Shown in pieces: positions 8,190 through 17,457 of a DNA stretch of 32,000 nt. Position 1 is the first letter of the stretch, and each line of letters opens with the position of its first letter. This stretch comes from Cereibacter sphaeroides 2.4.1 (GTDB lineage: Bacteria > Pseudomonadota > Alphaproteobacteria > Rhodobacterales > Rhodobacteraceae), in the NCBI RefSeq assembly GCF_000012905.2, contig NC_007493.2, forward strand, positions 2,250,001 through 2,282,000. The letters run 5' to 3'. The notes under the pieces were generated by a model. The model was not told the DNA's origin and did not search any database. It saw nothing but the letters and a program-made list of their open reading frames with translations. The translations under genes were made by a program, and so were the position numbers.

Positions 8190-9292
8190 GTCACGAGCCC
8201 CCGCTCCTCGAGCTGGCGTCGCATGTCGGCGCCGCGATCCTCGGCAGCGCTGCCCGCCACCCAGGCCACGAAATCGCCGAGCGAATCCTCGAGCCGGTGG
8301 CGCGGCTCGAAGTTGAGGATCGACCGCGCCTTCGAGATATCGGCGAAACAGTTGCGGATATCGCCCGACCTGGCGCGGTCGAGGATCTCGGGCGTGAGCT
8401 CGGGCCGCCCCATCGCTTCGGCCAGAAGGCGCGCCACGCCGGCGATCGTGTAGGCCGCGCCCGACCCCACATTGATGACCTCGCCCGCCGCGTCCGGCGT
8501 CTCGAGCGCGAGCCGGAAGGCGCGGGCCACGTCGCGCACATGGACGAAATCGCGCTTCTGCTCGCCATCCTCGAAGATCGTAGGCCGCTCGCCGTTGGCC
8601 AGTCGCGCGGCGAAGTTCGCGAGCACCCCGGTATAGGGGTTCGACAGCGCCTGCCCCGCGCCGAACACATTGAAGAGCCGCAGCGCCACGGCATCGACCC
8701 CATAGGCCTCGCCATGGATCAGCACCGCCTGCTCCTGCACATATTTGGTGAGCGCGTAGATCGAGGCCAGATCCACCCGCTTCTCCTCGTCCGTGGGCAC
8801 GGCCATCAGCGACCGGCCGTCCGCATCCACCGGGTTCCAGCGGGCGGCGCGGATGTCCGCCGCCCTGCGCCGCACCTTCTCCAGCCGCGACCCGTCCTCG
8901 CGGGCATAGTGCCCCTCGCCATAGACGCTCATCGACGAGGCCACGACGATCCGCGACACCGGCCGGTCGATCAGCGCCTCGAGCAGCACCGCCGTGCCGA
9001 GGTCGTTCGCGCCGACATAGCGCGCGATCTCGTACATGGACTGTCCGACGCCCACCTCGGCCGCCAGATGCAGCACCGCATCGCAGTCCTTCAGCGCCGG
9101 GCGGAGCCGGTCGACGTCGCGCATGTCGCCACGCACGACCTCGGCGCCCTCGGGCAGCTCGGCCGACGTGCCGCCGTGCACCTGGTCGATCAGCGCATCG
9201 TAGAGACGCACCTCATAGCCGTGCGCCAGCAGTTCCTCGGCCACATGCCGGCCGATGAACCCGCAGCCGCCAGTGATGAGTATCCTCGCCAT
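8186..9292 (-). CDS. NAD-dependent sugar-nucleotide epimerase/dehydratase (extended SDR), first gene of the minus-strand glycan operon
   Basis: 368 aa ORF: MARILITGGCGFIGRHVAEELL (NAD loop) and IYALTKYVQE (YxxxK). Its stop overlaps the next start (ATGA). Confidence 0.85.
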   Translation of the reverse strand: MARILITGGCGFIGRHVAEELLAHGYEVRLYDALIDQVHGGTSAELPEGAEVVRGDMRDVDRLRPALKDCDAVLHLAAEVGVGQSMYEIARYVGANDLGTAVLLEALIDRPVSRIVVASSMSVYGEGHYAREDGSRLEKVRRRAADIRAARWNPVDADGRSLMAVPTDEEKRVDLASIYALTKYVQEQAVLIHGEAYGVDAVALRLFNVFGAGQALSNPYTGVLANFAARLANGERPTIFEDGEQKRDFVHVRDVARAFRLALETPDAAGEVINVGSGAAYTIAGVARLLAEAMGRPELTPEILDRARSGDIRNCFADISKARSILNFEPRHRLEDSLGDFVAWVAGSAAEDRGADMRRQLEERGLVT

Positions 9293-9432
9293 GAGAAGAT
9301 CCTGAAGCTGTCAATGATGCTGTAGATGCACCGCGGAACCGGAGGATCGCGGGAATGTTCCGACGCCGCCGAAGATCGGGAACGATCCCGGCAGTCCTCT
9401 GCCATTCGCGCTTCGCGGTTGGCGCGCCGACC

Positions 9433-9453
9433 TTCCGGAGGGTGCCTCCGGAA
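9433..9453. promoter_or_regulatory. Perfect 21-bp palindrome TTCCGGAGG-GTG-CCTCCGGAA in the divergent promoter region
   Basis: Read directly. 9-bp arms, 3-bp spacer. 141 nt from the epimerase ATG (9292) and 77 nt from the dehydrogenase ATG (9530). Candidate operator or 5' leader hairpin. Confidence 0.3.
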
Positions 9454-9529
9454 CAGAATGCGGTCGGCAGGGTTCCGGGCCGATCCCGAAGAAGATCGTG
9501 CCGGGATTGACCCGAAGACCGGAGGACCC

Positions 9530-10528
9530 ATGAACGTCTCCCTGACGCCGGCCCGCGAACGGCCCGCCGGCTCCCAGTCCATGCGCGCGGCACGGCTGAT
9601 CGGCCCGGGCCGGATCGAGATCGTCTCGCTGCCCCTGCCCGAGCCCGGACCGGGCGAGGTGCGCGTCGCTGTCGAGGCGTGCGGGGTCTGTGCCTCGAAC
9701 CTCGGCCCATGGTCGGCGCCCGACTGGATGACCTATCCCACCGAGCCGGGCGGCATGGGCCACGAGGGCTGGGGCATCGTCGAGGCGCTGGGGCCGGATG
9801 TGACGGGCGTCACGGTGGGCGAGCGCGCGGCCTTCCTCGGCCAGCGCAGCTATGCCAGCCACGAGATCGTGCCCGCGACCCATCTCGTGCCCCTGCCCGA
9901 GGGCACCGCCTTCCCGGCCGAACCCGTGGCCTGCGCGCTGAACATCTTCCGCCGCTCGGGCATCGGGCGCGGCGACCGGGTGGCCATCATCGGCGTGGGC
10001 TTTCTCGGCGCGCTCCTCACCCGGCTGGCGGCGGATGCGGGCGCCGAGGTGATCGCCATCTCCCGGCGCGAGGAGACGCTGGCCCTCGCCCGCCGCATGG
10101 GGGCTGCCCGCACGGTGCCGATGATCGACCATCACGAGATCGTCGACGAGGTGCGCGAGCTGACGAACGGCTCGTTCTGCGAGGTGGTGATCGAGGCCGT
10201 GGGCAAGCAATGGCCGCTCGATCTGGCCGGAGAGCTGGTGGCCGAGGGCGGGCGGCTCGTGATCGCGGGCTATCATCAGGACGGGCCGCGGCAGGTGAAC
10301 ATGCAGCAGTGGAACTGGCGCGGGATCGACGTGGTGAACGCCCACGAGCGCCGCCCCGAGACCTATCTTCGCGGCATGCACGAGGCAGTCGAGGCGGTGC
10401 AGAAGGGCTGGATCGACCTTTCGGGCCTCCTCACCCACAGCTATCCGCTCGAGGATCTGGCCGCAGCGCTCGACGCCACGCGCGACAAGCCCGAGGGCTT
10501 CGTGAAGGCGGTGGTGACATGCAGCTGA
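9530..10528 (+). CDS. Zinc-type (MDR family) alcohol/sugar dehydrogenase
   Basis: Track ORF 9326-10528 trimmed to the ATG at 9530, preceded by GGAGGA (9521-9526). GHEGWGIVEALG (GHE zinc motif), CGVCASN, IIGVGFLGALL (Rossmann). An alternative start at the MRAARL Met (9581) is possible. Confidence 0.75.
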   Translation: MNVSLTPARERPAGSQSMRAARLIGPGRIEIVSLPLPEPGPGEVRVAVEACGVCASNLGPWSAPDWMTYPTEPGGMGHEGWGIVEALGPDVTGVTVGERAAFLGQRSYASHEIVPATHLVPLPEGTAFPAEPVACALNIFRRSGIGRGDRVAIIGVGFLGALLTRLAADAGAEVIAISRREETLALARRMGAARTVPMIDHHEIVDEVRELTNGSFCEVVIEAVGKQWPLDLAGELVAEGGRLVIAGYHQDGPRQVNMQQWNWRGIDVVNAHERRPETYLRGMHEAVEAVQKGWIDLSGLLTHSYPLEDLAAALDATRDKPEGFVKAVVTCS

Positions 10529-11544
10529 GCCTGCCCGTCCGCACCCGTCCGCGTCTGGCCTTCGTGGGACTGGGCTGGATCGGCCGCGCCCGGATGGAGG
10601 CGCTGGCCCGCACCGGCCGGGCCGAGATCGTGGCGCTGACCGACCCCGACGCCGCAGCCATAGCCCGCGCGCAGGAGCTTGCCCCCGAGGCCGTCGCCGC
10701 GGCCTCGCTGGCCGAGGCTCTCACGCATCGGCCCGACGGGGTGGTGATCGCCACGCCGAGCGCCCGCCACGCCGCCGAGACGCTGGCCGCGCTCGAGGCC
10801 GGCTGCGCGGTCTTCTGCCAGAAGCCGCTCGGGCGCAGCGCCGACGAGGTGCGCGCGGTGGTGGGCGCGGCCGCGCGGGCCGACCGGCTGCTGGGCGTCG
10901 ATCTCTCCTATCGGTTGACAGCCGCAACTTCCGCGATCCGGCCGCTCGTGGCCTCCGGCGAGCTCGGCCGGGTCTTCGCGGTCGATCTCACGTTCCACAA
11001 CGCCTACGGCCCCGACAAGCCCTGGTTCTACGACCGCACCCTCTCGGGCGGGGGCTGCGTCATGGATCTGGGCGTGCATCTGGTCGACCTCGCCCTCTGG
11101 TCGCTCGGCTGGCCCGAGGTGACGCGCGTCGAGGCGCAGATGCTGGCGGGCGGCCGCCCGGCCGCCGCCCACGAGGTCGAGGATTATGCCGTGGCCACGC
11201 TGCAGACCGCCTCCGGCTGCGTGATCCGGCTCGCCTGCTCGTGGAAGCTTCAGGCCGGGCGCGAGGCGGTGATCGAGGCGCAGTTCCACGGCACCGAGGG
11301 CGGCGCGGCCCTCACCAACATCGACGGCTCCTTCTACGATTTCGCGGCCCACCGCCATCGCGGCACCACGAGCGAGGCCCTGACCGCGCCGCCCGACGAC
11401 TGGGGCGGGCGGGCGCTCTTCGACTGGGCGGAGCGGCTGGCCGCAGGACAGGGGTTCGATCCCGAGGCGCGTCATCTGGTGACGCTGCACGAGGTGCTCG
11501 ACCGTATCCATGCCGCCGGAACCCGCACCCCCGCGGGCGGTTGA
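10519..11544 (+). CDS. Gfo/Idh/MocA family oxidoreductase
   Basis: Track ORF 9679-11544 trimmed to the ATG at 10519 (MQLSLPVRTRPRLAFVGLGWIGRARMEAL...). Contains VFCQKPLG (EKP-like motif). Overlaps the dehydrogenase gene by 10 nt. Confidence 0.8.
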   Translation: MQLSLPVRTRPRLAFVGLGWIGRARMEALARTGRAEIVALTDPDAAAIARAQELAPEAVAAASLAEALTHRPDGVVIATPSARHAAETLAALEAGCAVFCQKPLGRSADEVRAVVGAAARADRLLGVDLSYRLTAATSAIRPLVASGELGRVFAVDLTFHNAYGPDKPWFYDRTLSGGGCVMDLGVHLVDLALWSLGWPEVTRVEAQMLAGGRPAAAHEVEDYAVATLQTASGCVIRLACSWKLQAGREAVIEAQFHGTEGGAALTNIDGSFYDFAAHRHRGTTSEALTAPPDDWGGRALFDWAERLAAGQGFDPEARHLVTLHEVLDRIHAAGTRTPAGG

Positions 11545-11550
11545 CCCCTC

Positions 11551-12339
11551 ATGGCACCGCGCAGCTACTGGAAGGGCTATCTCAAACTGTCGCTCGTCAC
11601 CTGCCCGGTGACGCTGATGCCGGCCACCTCGGAGGCCGAGCGGGTGCGCTTCCGCACGCTGAACGGCAGGACCGGCCACCCGGTCGTCAGCCGCTATCTC
11701 GATGCGGAAACCGGGGATGTGGTCGATGATGACGACCAGGTGAAGGGCTATCCCCGCAGCGAGACCGAGCATGTGATCCTCGAGGAGGAGGAACTCGACG
11801 CGGTGGCTCTCGAAAGCGCGCGGACCATCGACATCGACTGTTTCGTGCCGTCCGACGAGATCGCCTGGATCTGGTACGACCGTCCGCACTATCTGATGCC
11901 CGCCGATCCGATCGGAGAGGAGGCCTTCGCCGTGATCCGCGAGGCGATGCGGGCCACCGACCGCTCAGGGGTCGCCCGGCTGGTGCTGGGCGGGCGCGAG
12001 CGCGCCGTCCTCCTCATGCCGCGTGGCGAGGGCATCATCCTCTGGACGCTGCGCTATGGCGACGAGGTGCGCCCCGAGGAGGCCTATTTCGGCGATCTCG
12101 CGGCCGGGAAACCCGACCCGAAGGCGCTGACGCTCGTCAAGCGCCTGATCGAGGAGCGGACGCGGACGTGGGAGCCCGGCATGGTCGAGGATCCGGTGCA
12201 GGAGAACCTGCTCGAACTGATCCGGTCGAAGAAGCCGAAGAAGCGCAGCCGCAAGGCGGGTGCGAAGGCGCCGAAGGGCGGCGACAATGTGGTGAGCATC
12301 ATGGACGCCCTGCGCAAGAGCATCGAGGGCAAGGGCTGA
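11551..12339 (+). CDS. ku: Ku protein (non-homologous end joining), paralog 1
   Basis: 262 aa: MAPRSYWKGYLKLSLVTCPVTLMPATS...VKGY...DRPHYLMP..., with a Lys-rich tail KKPKKRSRKAGAKAPKGG and a terminal VVSIMDALRKSI block. Typical bacterial Ku layout. Confidence 0.9.
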   Translation: MAPRSYWKGYLKLSLVTCPVTLMPATSEAERVRFRTLNGRTGHPVVSRYLDAETGDVVDDDDQVKGYPRSETEHVILEEEELDAVALESARTIDIDCFVPSDEIAWIWYDRPHYLMPADPIGEEAFAVIREAMRATDRSGVARLVLGGRERAVLLMPRGEGIILWTLRYGDEVRPEEAYFGDLAAGKPDPKALTLVKRLIEERTRTWEPGMVEDPVQENLLELIRSKKPKKRSRKAGAKAPKGGDNVVSIMDALRKSIEGKG

Positions 12340-12393
12340 GCCCGGCTCTGGCGGAGCCTTGCGCCCCGTCCGCCGGCCCGGGCCGCGGCAGCG

Positions 12394-12426
12394 CCGCCTG
12401 CGGGGGTTCGATGCCCCCGCGGGCGG
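12394..12426. terminator. GC-rich hairpin between the two convergent ku genes (possible bidirectional terminator)
   Basis: Arms CCGCCTGCGGGGG (12394-12406) and CCCCCGCGGGCGG (12414-12426) pair with one mismatch. Lies in the 102-nt gap between the stops at 12339 and 12442. Confidence 0.45.
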
Positions 12427-12441
12427 CCCCCCCCGCCGGTC

Positions 12442-13245
12442 TCACCCCGCCTTCCGACGCCGGGGCCGCTCGGTCGCCGCCACGCTCTCGCGCAGCGCGG
12501 CCATGAGGTCGGACGGCTCGCGCGCCTTCTTCGGCGCGGCCTTCCGCTTCGGCTTCCGCCCCTCGAGCTTTGCTTTCACCAGATCGGCCAGCGCCGCATC
12601 GTAGCGGTCGTCGAAGGCGGCCGGATCGAACGTTCCGGCCTTCGTGCCGATGATGTGTTTGGCAAGCTCCAGCATCTCGCCCTTCACCTTCAGTTTCGGG
12701 ATCTCCGAGAAGGCTTCGGCCGAGGAGCGCACCTCATAGTCGAAATTCAGCGTGTTCGCGATCAGCCCCGCCCCGTACGGGCGCACCATCACCGTCCGCA
12801 GCCGCCGGAACAGCACGGTCCGCGCCAGCGCCGCGGCCTTGCGCGCCCGCATCCCCTCGCGGATCAGCGCGAAGGCTTCCAGCGCCGCATCCCCCGCGGG
12901 GGTGAGATAGTAGGGCTTGTCGAAATAGGCGCCGTCCACCTCGCGGCAGGGCACGAAAGCATCGATGCGCAGGCACTTGTCGCTGTCGGGGATCGTGGCC
13001 GCGATCTCGTCGGGGTCGATCTGCACGAACTCGTCGGGCGCCACCTCGTAGCCCTTCACCTGATCCTCGCGCGGGACCGGCTTGCCGCTCACCGCATCGA
13101 CGAATTCGCGCCGCACGCGGTTCCTGGTCTTGCGGTTGACCGTGTGGAAACTCACCCGGTCCGAGGTCGAGGCGGCAGCATGGAGCGCCACGGCACAGCT
13201 CACCTCTCCCACCGCCAGCCAGCCCTTCCAGATCGCTCTCGGCAT
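12442..13245 (-). CDS. ku: Ku protein (non-homologous end joining), paralog 2
   Basis: 267 aa: MPRAIWKGWLAVGEVSCAVALHAAAS...VKGYEV...DKPYYLTP..., with tail KLEGRKPKRKAAPKKAREPSDLMAALRESV. GGGAGG 6 nt upstream of the ATG. Confidence 0.9.
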   Translation of the reverse strand: MPRAIWKGWLAVGEVSCAVALHAAASTSDRVSFHTVNRKTRNRVRREFVDAVSGKPVPREDQVKGYEVAPDEFVQIDPDEIAATIPDSDKCLRIDAFVPCREVDGAYFDKPYYLTPAGDAALEAFALIREGMRARKAAALARTVLFRRLRTVMVRPYGAGLIANTLNFDYEVRSSAEAFSEIPKLKVKGEMLELAKHIIGTKAGTFDPAAFDDRYDAALADLVKAKLEGRKPKRKAAPKKAREPSDLMAALRESVAATERPRRRKAG

Positions 13246-13406
13246 CAGAGACCTCCCTCGTGCGCCTGCCGCAGGCCGACGCCGCGGCGCCGGTCTTCCG
13301 ACCGCAGCGGAGGAAGCCCGAGCGGGGGCGATTGTTCCGCGACGGAAGGCGGCGGCGCGCGAAGAATCAGCCCCCGGCGCAGGCCGCCCCGTGCTAGGCT
13401 CGAGAC

Positions 13407-14066
13407 ATGTTGACGCAGCGCACCCCCCGATCCGGCTACAGCCGCGCCGAGCGCCTCTCGGACGCGGCGGTTCATGTCTCGGGCATCGCCGCGGCGCTCT
13501 GCGGCGTGCCCGTCCTCATCGCGCTGACCGTGCTCTGGCGCGGCGACGGGATGGCCGTCGCGGGCGCCTCGATCTACGGGGCCACGCTCCTGCTCATGAT
13601 CCTCTGCTCGGCCGTCTACCACATGGTCCCGCACCCGGACTGGACGGCGCTCCTGCGGCGCCTCGACCATTCCGCCATCTACTGCAAGATCGCGGGCACC
13701 TACTCGGCCTTCACCCTGATCTCGGGACAGGGGCTCACGCTGCTGGCCGGGATCTGGGCCGCGGCCCTCTGCGGCACGGCGCTGAAGCTCCACTCGCCCG
13801 AGAAATACCGCTGGGGGGCGCTCGCGCTCTATCTCGGGATGGGCTGGGCGGGGGTCGCCCTCGGCTGGCCGCTCTTCGCCTCGCTGACCGGCCCCGTTCT
13901 GGCGCTGATCGCGGCGGGCGGGCTGCTCTACACGGTGGGCGTCGTCTTCTACCTGTGCGAACGCTTGCCCTTCCACACCACGATCTGGCATCTCTTCGTC
14001 CTGACGGCGAGCGTGATCTTCTACGCCGCGGTGATGATCCATGTGGCCGGCACGGCGGCCGACTGA
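13407..14066 (+). CDS. Hemolysin III / PAQR family integral membrane protein
   Basis: 219 aa. Multiple hydrophobic segments. ERLSDAAVHVSG, SAVYHMV and LDHSAIYCKIAGTY blocks typical of the family. Confidence 0.85.
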   Translation: MLTQRTPRSGYSRAERLSDAAVHVSGIAAALCGVPVLIALTVLWRGDGMAVAGASIYGATLLLMILCSAVYHMVPHPDWTALLRRLDHSAIYCKIAGTYSAFTLISGQGLTLLAGIWAAALCGTALKLHSPEKYRWGALALYLGMGWAGVALGWPLFASLTGPVLALIAAGGLLYTVGVVFYLCERLPFHTTIWHLFVLTASVIFYAAVMIHVAGTAAD

Positions 14067-14075
14067 GAGGGCCAG

Positions 14076-14507
14076 GTGCAGGACGACCCCCATGAGCTGA
14101 AGCGGTTTCTGGCCGCGCAGATGCCTGTCTTCGACACGGCGGTGAAGGAGCTGCGCGCCGGGCGCAAGGAGAGCCACTGGATGTGGTTCGTCTTCCCCCA
14201 GCTGCGCTGCCTCGGCCGGTCCGCGACGGCCGAGCGGTACGGCATCGCCTCGCTGGAGGAAGCGCGCGCCTATCTCGCCCATCCGGTGCTGGGCAAGCGG
14301 CTGGAGTTCGCGACCGAGACGGTGCTCTCGGTCGATCCGCCCTCGCTGCACACCCTCTTCGGCTCACCGGACGATCTGAAGTTCCACTCCTCGATGAGCC
14401 TCTTCGACGCGGCGGACGGCAGCGCCCATTCCGTCTTCCGCGCGGCCCTCGGCCGCTGGTTCGGGGGCCGGTCCGACGAGGGCACGGCGCGGCTCCTCGG
14501 CCTCTGA
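14076..14507 (+). CDS. DUF1810 family protein
   Basis: 143 aa from a GTG start. LKRFLAAQ...KESHWMWFVFPQLRCLGRS...EARAYLAHPVLGKRL matches my memory of the DUF1810 signature (HWMWFxFPQ). Confidence 0.8.
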   Translation: MQDDPHELKRFLAAQMPVFDTAVKELRAGRKESHWMWFVFPQLRCLGRSATAERYGIASLEEARAYLAHPVLGKRLEFATETVLSVDPPSLHTLFGSPDDLKFHSSMSLFDAADGSAHSVFRAALGRWFGGRSDEGTARLLGL

Positions 14508-14539
14508 GCCGGACAAGCCGCGCGGCCCCCTGCCCTGCG

Positions 14540-15844
14540 TCAGGCCGCGGCGGCGGCGCGCTTGCGGTCGTAGGAGGAGGGGATCCCCAGCGTCTCGCGA
14601 TATTTGGTGACGGTGCGCCGGGCCAGAACCGCGCCCGCGAGCTTCGCCTGCTTCACGATCGCATCGTCCGAGAAGGGTTTCGTGCGATCCTCGCGCGCGA
14701 TGATCTCGCGCACGAGCGCCATCAGCGCATCCTGCGACTGCGGCGCCTCGGGCCCGTCCGAGGAGACCGAGCGGCTGAAGAAGGCGCGCAGCGGGATCAG
14801 CCCGCGCGGCGTCTCGATCAGCCGGGTGGCCGTGGCGCGGCTGATGGTCGAGGGATGGAGATCGAGTTCCAGCGCCACCTCCTCCATCGACAGCGGCCGG
14901 AGCGCGCGCGGCCCCTGATCGAGAAAGTCGGCCTGATGGCGCACGAGGCAGACGGCGGTGCGCAGGAGCGTGGCCTGCCGCCGCTCGACCGCCCGCTCCA
15001 GCCAGCGCGCCTGCGAGCGGGCGCGGGCGAGCCAGGCGTCGGCCTGCCGGTCGCCGGTGTCCCCTGCCTCGCTGACCCGGATGCGGGGCAGCTGCGCGCG
15101 GGTGAGCTCGACCTCCCAGCCCTCCGGGCCGCGCAGCACGCGCACGTCGGGCGGCTGGATCGGCGTGCGGTCGGCCGCGAAGGCCTCGCCCGGCTTGGGG
15201 CTCAGGCTGCGGATCAGCGCCAGATTCTCGCGGATATGCTCGGGCTCGCAGTCGCAGCGGCGGGCGAGATCGGCGATCCGCCCCTCGGCCAGAAGCGGCA
15301 GATGGTCGAGCATCGTGCGCAGCTCCCAGGTCAGCAGCCCCAGATCCTCGAGCTGCAGCGCGAGGCATTCGGCCAGCGACCGGGCGAAGAGGCCCGCGGG
15401 CTCCAAAGCCTGCAACCGCTCGAGGATGACCAGCGCCTCCTCCTCCTCCACCTCGGCCGCGGCGGCGACCTCGGAGACGGGCTGGCCGAGCCAGCCCGAG
15501 GGCTCCAGCGCCTCGGCGAAGGCCAGGGCCGTGCGCCGGTCGCCCGGATCGAAGAAGGCCAGATCGATCTGCGCCTCGACATGGGCCAGAAGGCTCGGCG
15601 GCTGGCCCTCGACGGTGGCGAAGGCATCGCGGTCGAGCCCCGCCTGAATCCCGCGCGAGGGCAGCGCCGGGGCGACCGAGGCCCCCTCGGGCACGCGCAC
15701 CTCGAGGCAGGGATTTTCCAGCGCCTGCGCCGTCAGATAGTCGGCAAGATCGGCGTTGCTCATCTGCAGGATCCGCAGCGACTCCTGCATCCGCTGGGTC
15801 ATGGCCAGCTGGGTCGTCTGACGCTGGAACTGCATCATGTCCAT
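14540..15844 (-). CDS. rpoN: RNA polymerase sigma-54 factor, nif-cluster-linked copy
   Basis: 434 aa. Gln-rich region I MDMMQFQRQTTQLAMTQRMQESLRILQMSNADL. C-terminal RpoN box ARRTVTKYRETLGIPSS. Sits directly downstream of nifW. Confidence 0.95.
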   Translation of the reverse strand: MDMMQFQRQTTQLAMTQRMQESLRILQMSNADLADYLTAQALENPCLEVRVPEGASVAPALPSRGIQAGLDRDAFATVEGQPPSLLAHVEAQIDLAFFDPGDRRTALAFAEALEPSGWLGQPVSEVAAAAEVEEEEALVILERLQALEPAGLFARSLAECLALQLEDLGLLTWELRTMLDHLPLLAEGRIADLARRCDCEPEHIRENLALIRSLSPKPGEAFAADRTPIQPPDVRVLRGPEGWEVELTRAQLPRIRVSEAGDTGDRQADAWLARARSQARWLERAVERRQATLLRTAVCLVRHQADFLDQGPRALRPLSMEEVALELDLHPSTISRATATRLIETPRGLIPLRAFFSRSVSSDGPEAPQSQDALMALVREIIAREDRTKPFSDDAIVKQAKLAGAVLARRTVTKYRETLGIPSSYDRKRAAAAA

Positions 15845-15916
15845 GGGCGCACCCTAGCACAGCTTCCTGAGTCCTGACTGCGCACGGGGTCGCAGCCTCG
15901 CCTGGGTCATGCGGCG

Positions 15917-15934
15917 GGGGCCCCGCGGGGCCCC
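15917..15934 (-). other. All-G/C palindromic cluster GGGGCCCCGCGGGGCCCC in the nifW-rpoN spacer (possible attenuating hairpin)
   Basis: Read directly in the 100-nt gap between the nifW stop (15945) and the rpoN ATG (15844). Confidence 0.3.
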
Positions 15935-15944
15935 GGCCCGGGGG

Positions 15945-17456
<1,512 letters not shown>

Positions 17457-17457
<1 letters not shown>

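Noticed and set aside
11552-11567. TGGCAC on the plus strand (TGGCACCGCGCAGCTA) at the start of ku1.
   Set aside because: It is simply the codons ATG-GCA-CCG of ku1. The GC of the would-be -12 element is off by one position, and nothing downstream would need it.
13335-13347. TTCCG-CGA-CGGAA palindrome, overlapping GTTC-N7-GAAG, between ku2 and the hemolysin-III gene. Considered as an alphaproteobacterial SOS box.
   Set aside because: The second half is GAAG, not GTTC, so it does not match the GTTC-N7-GTTC direct-repeat LexA motif. A 5-bp-arm palindrome is expected by chance at this GC content.
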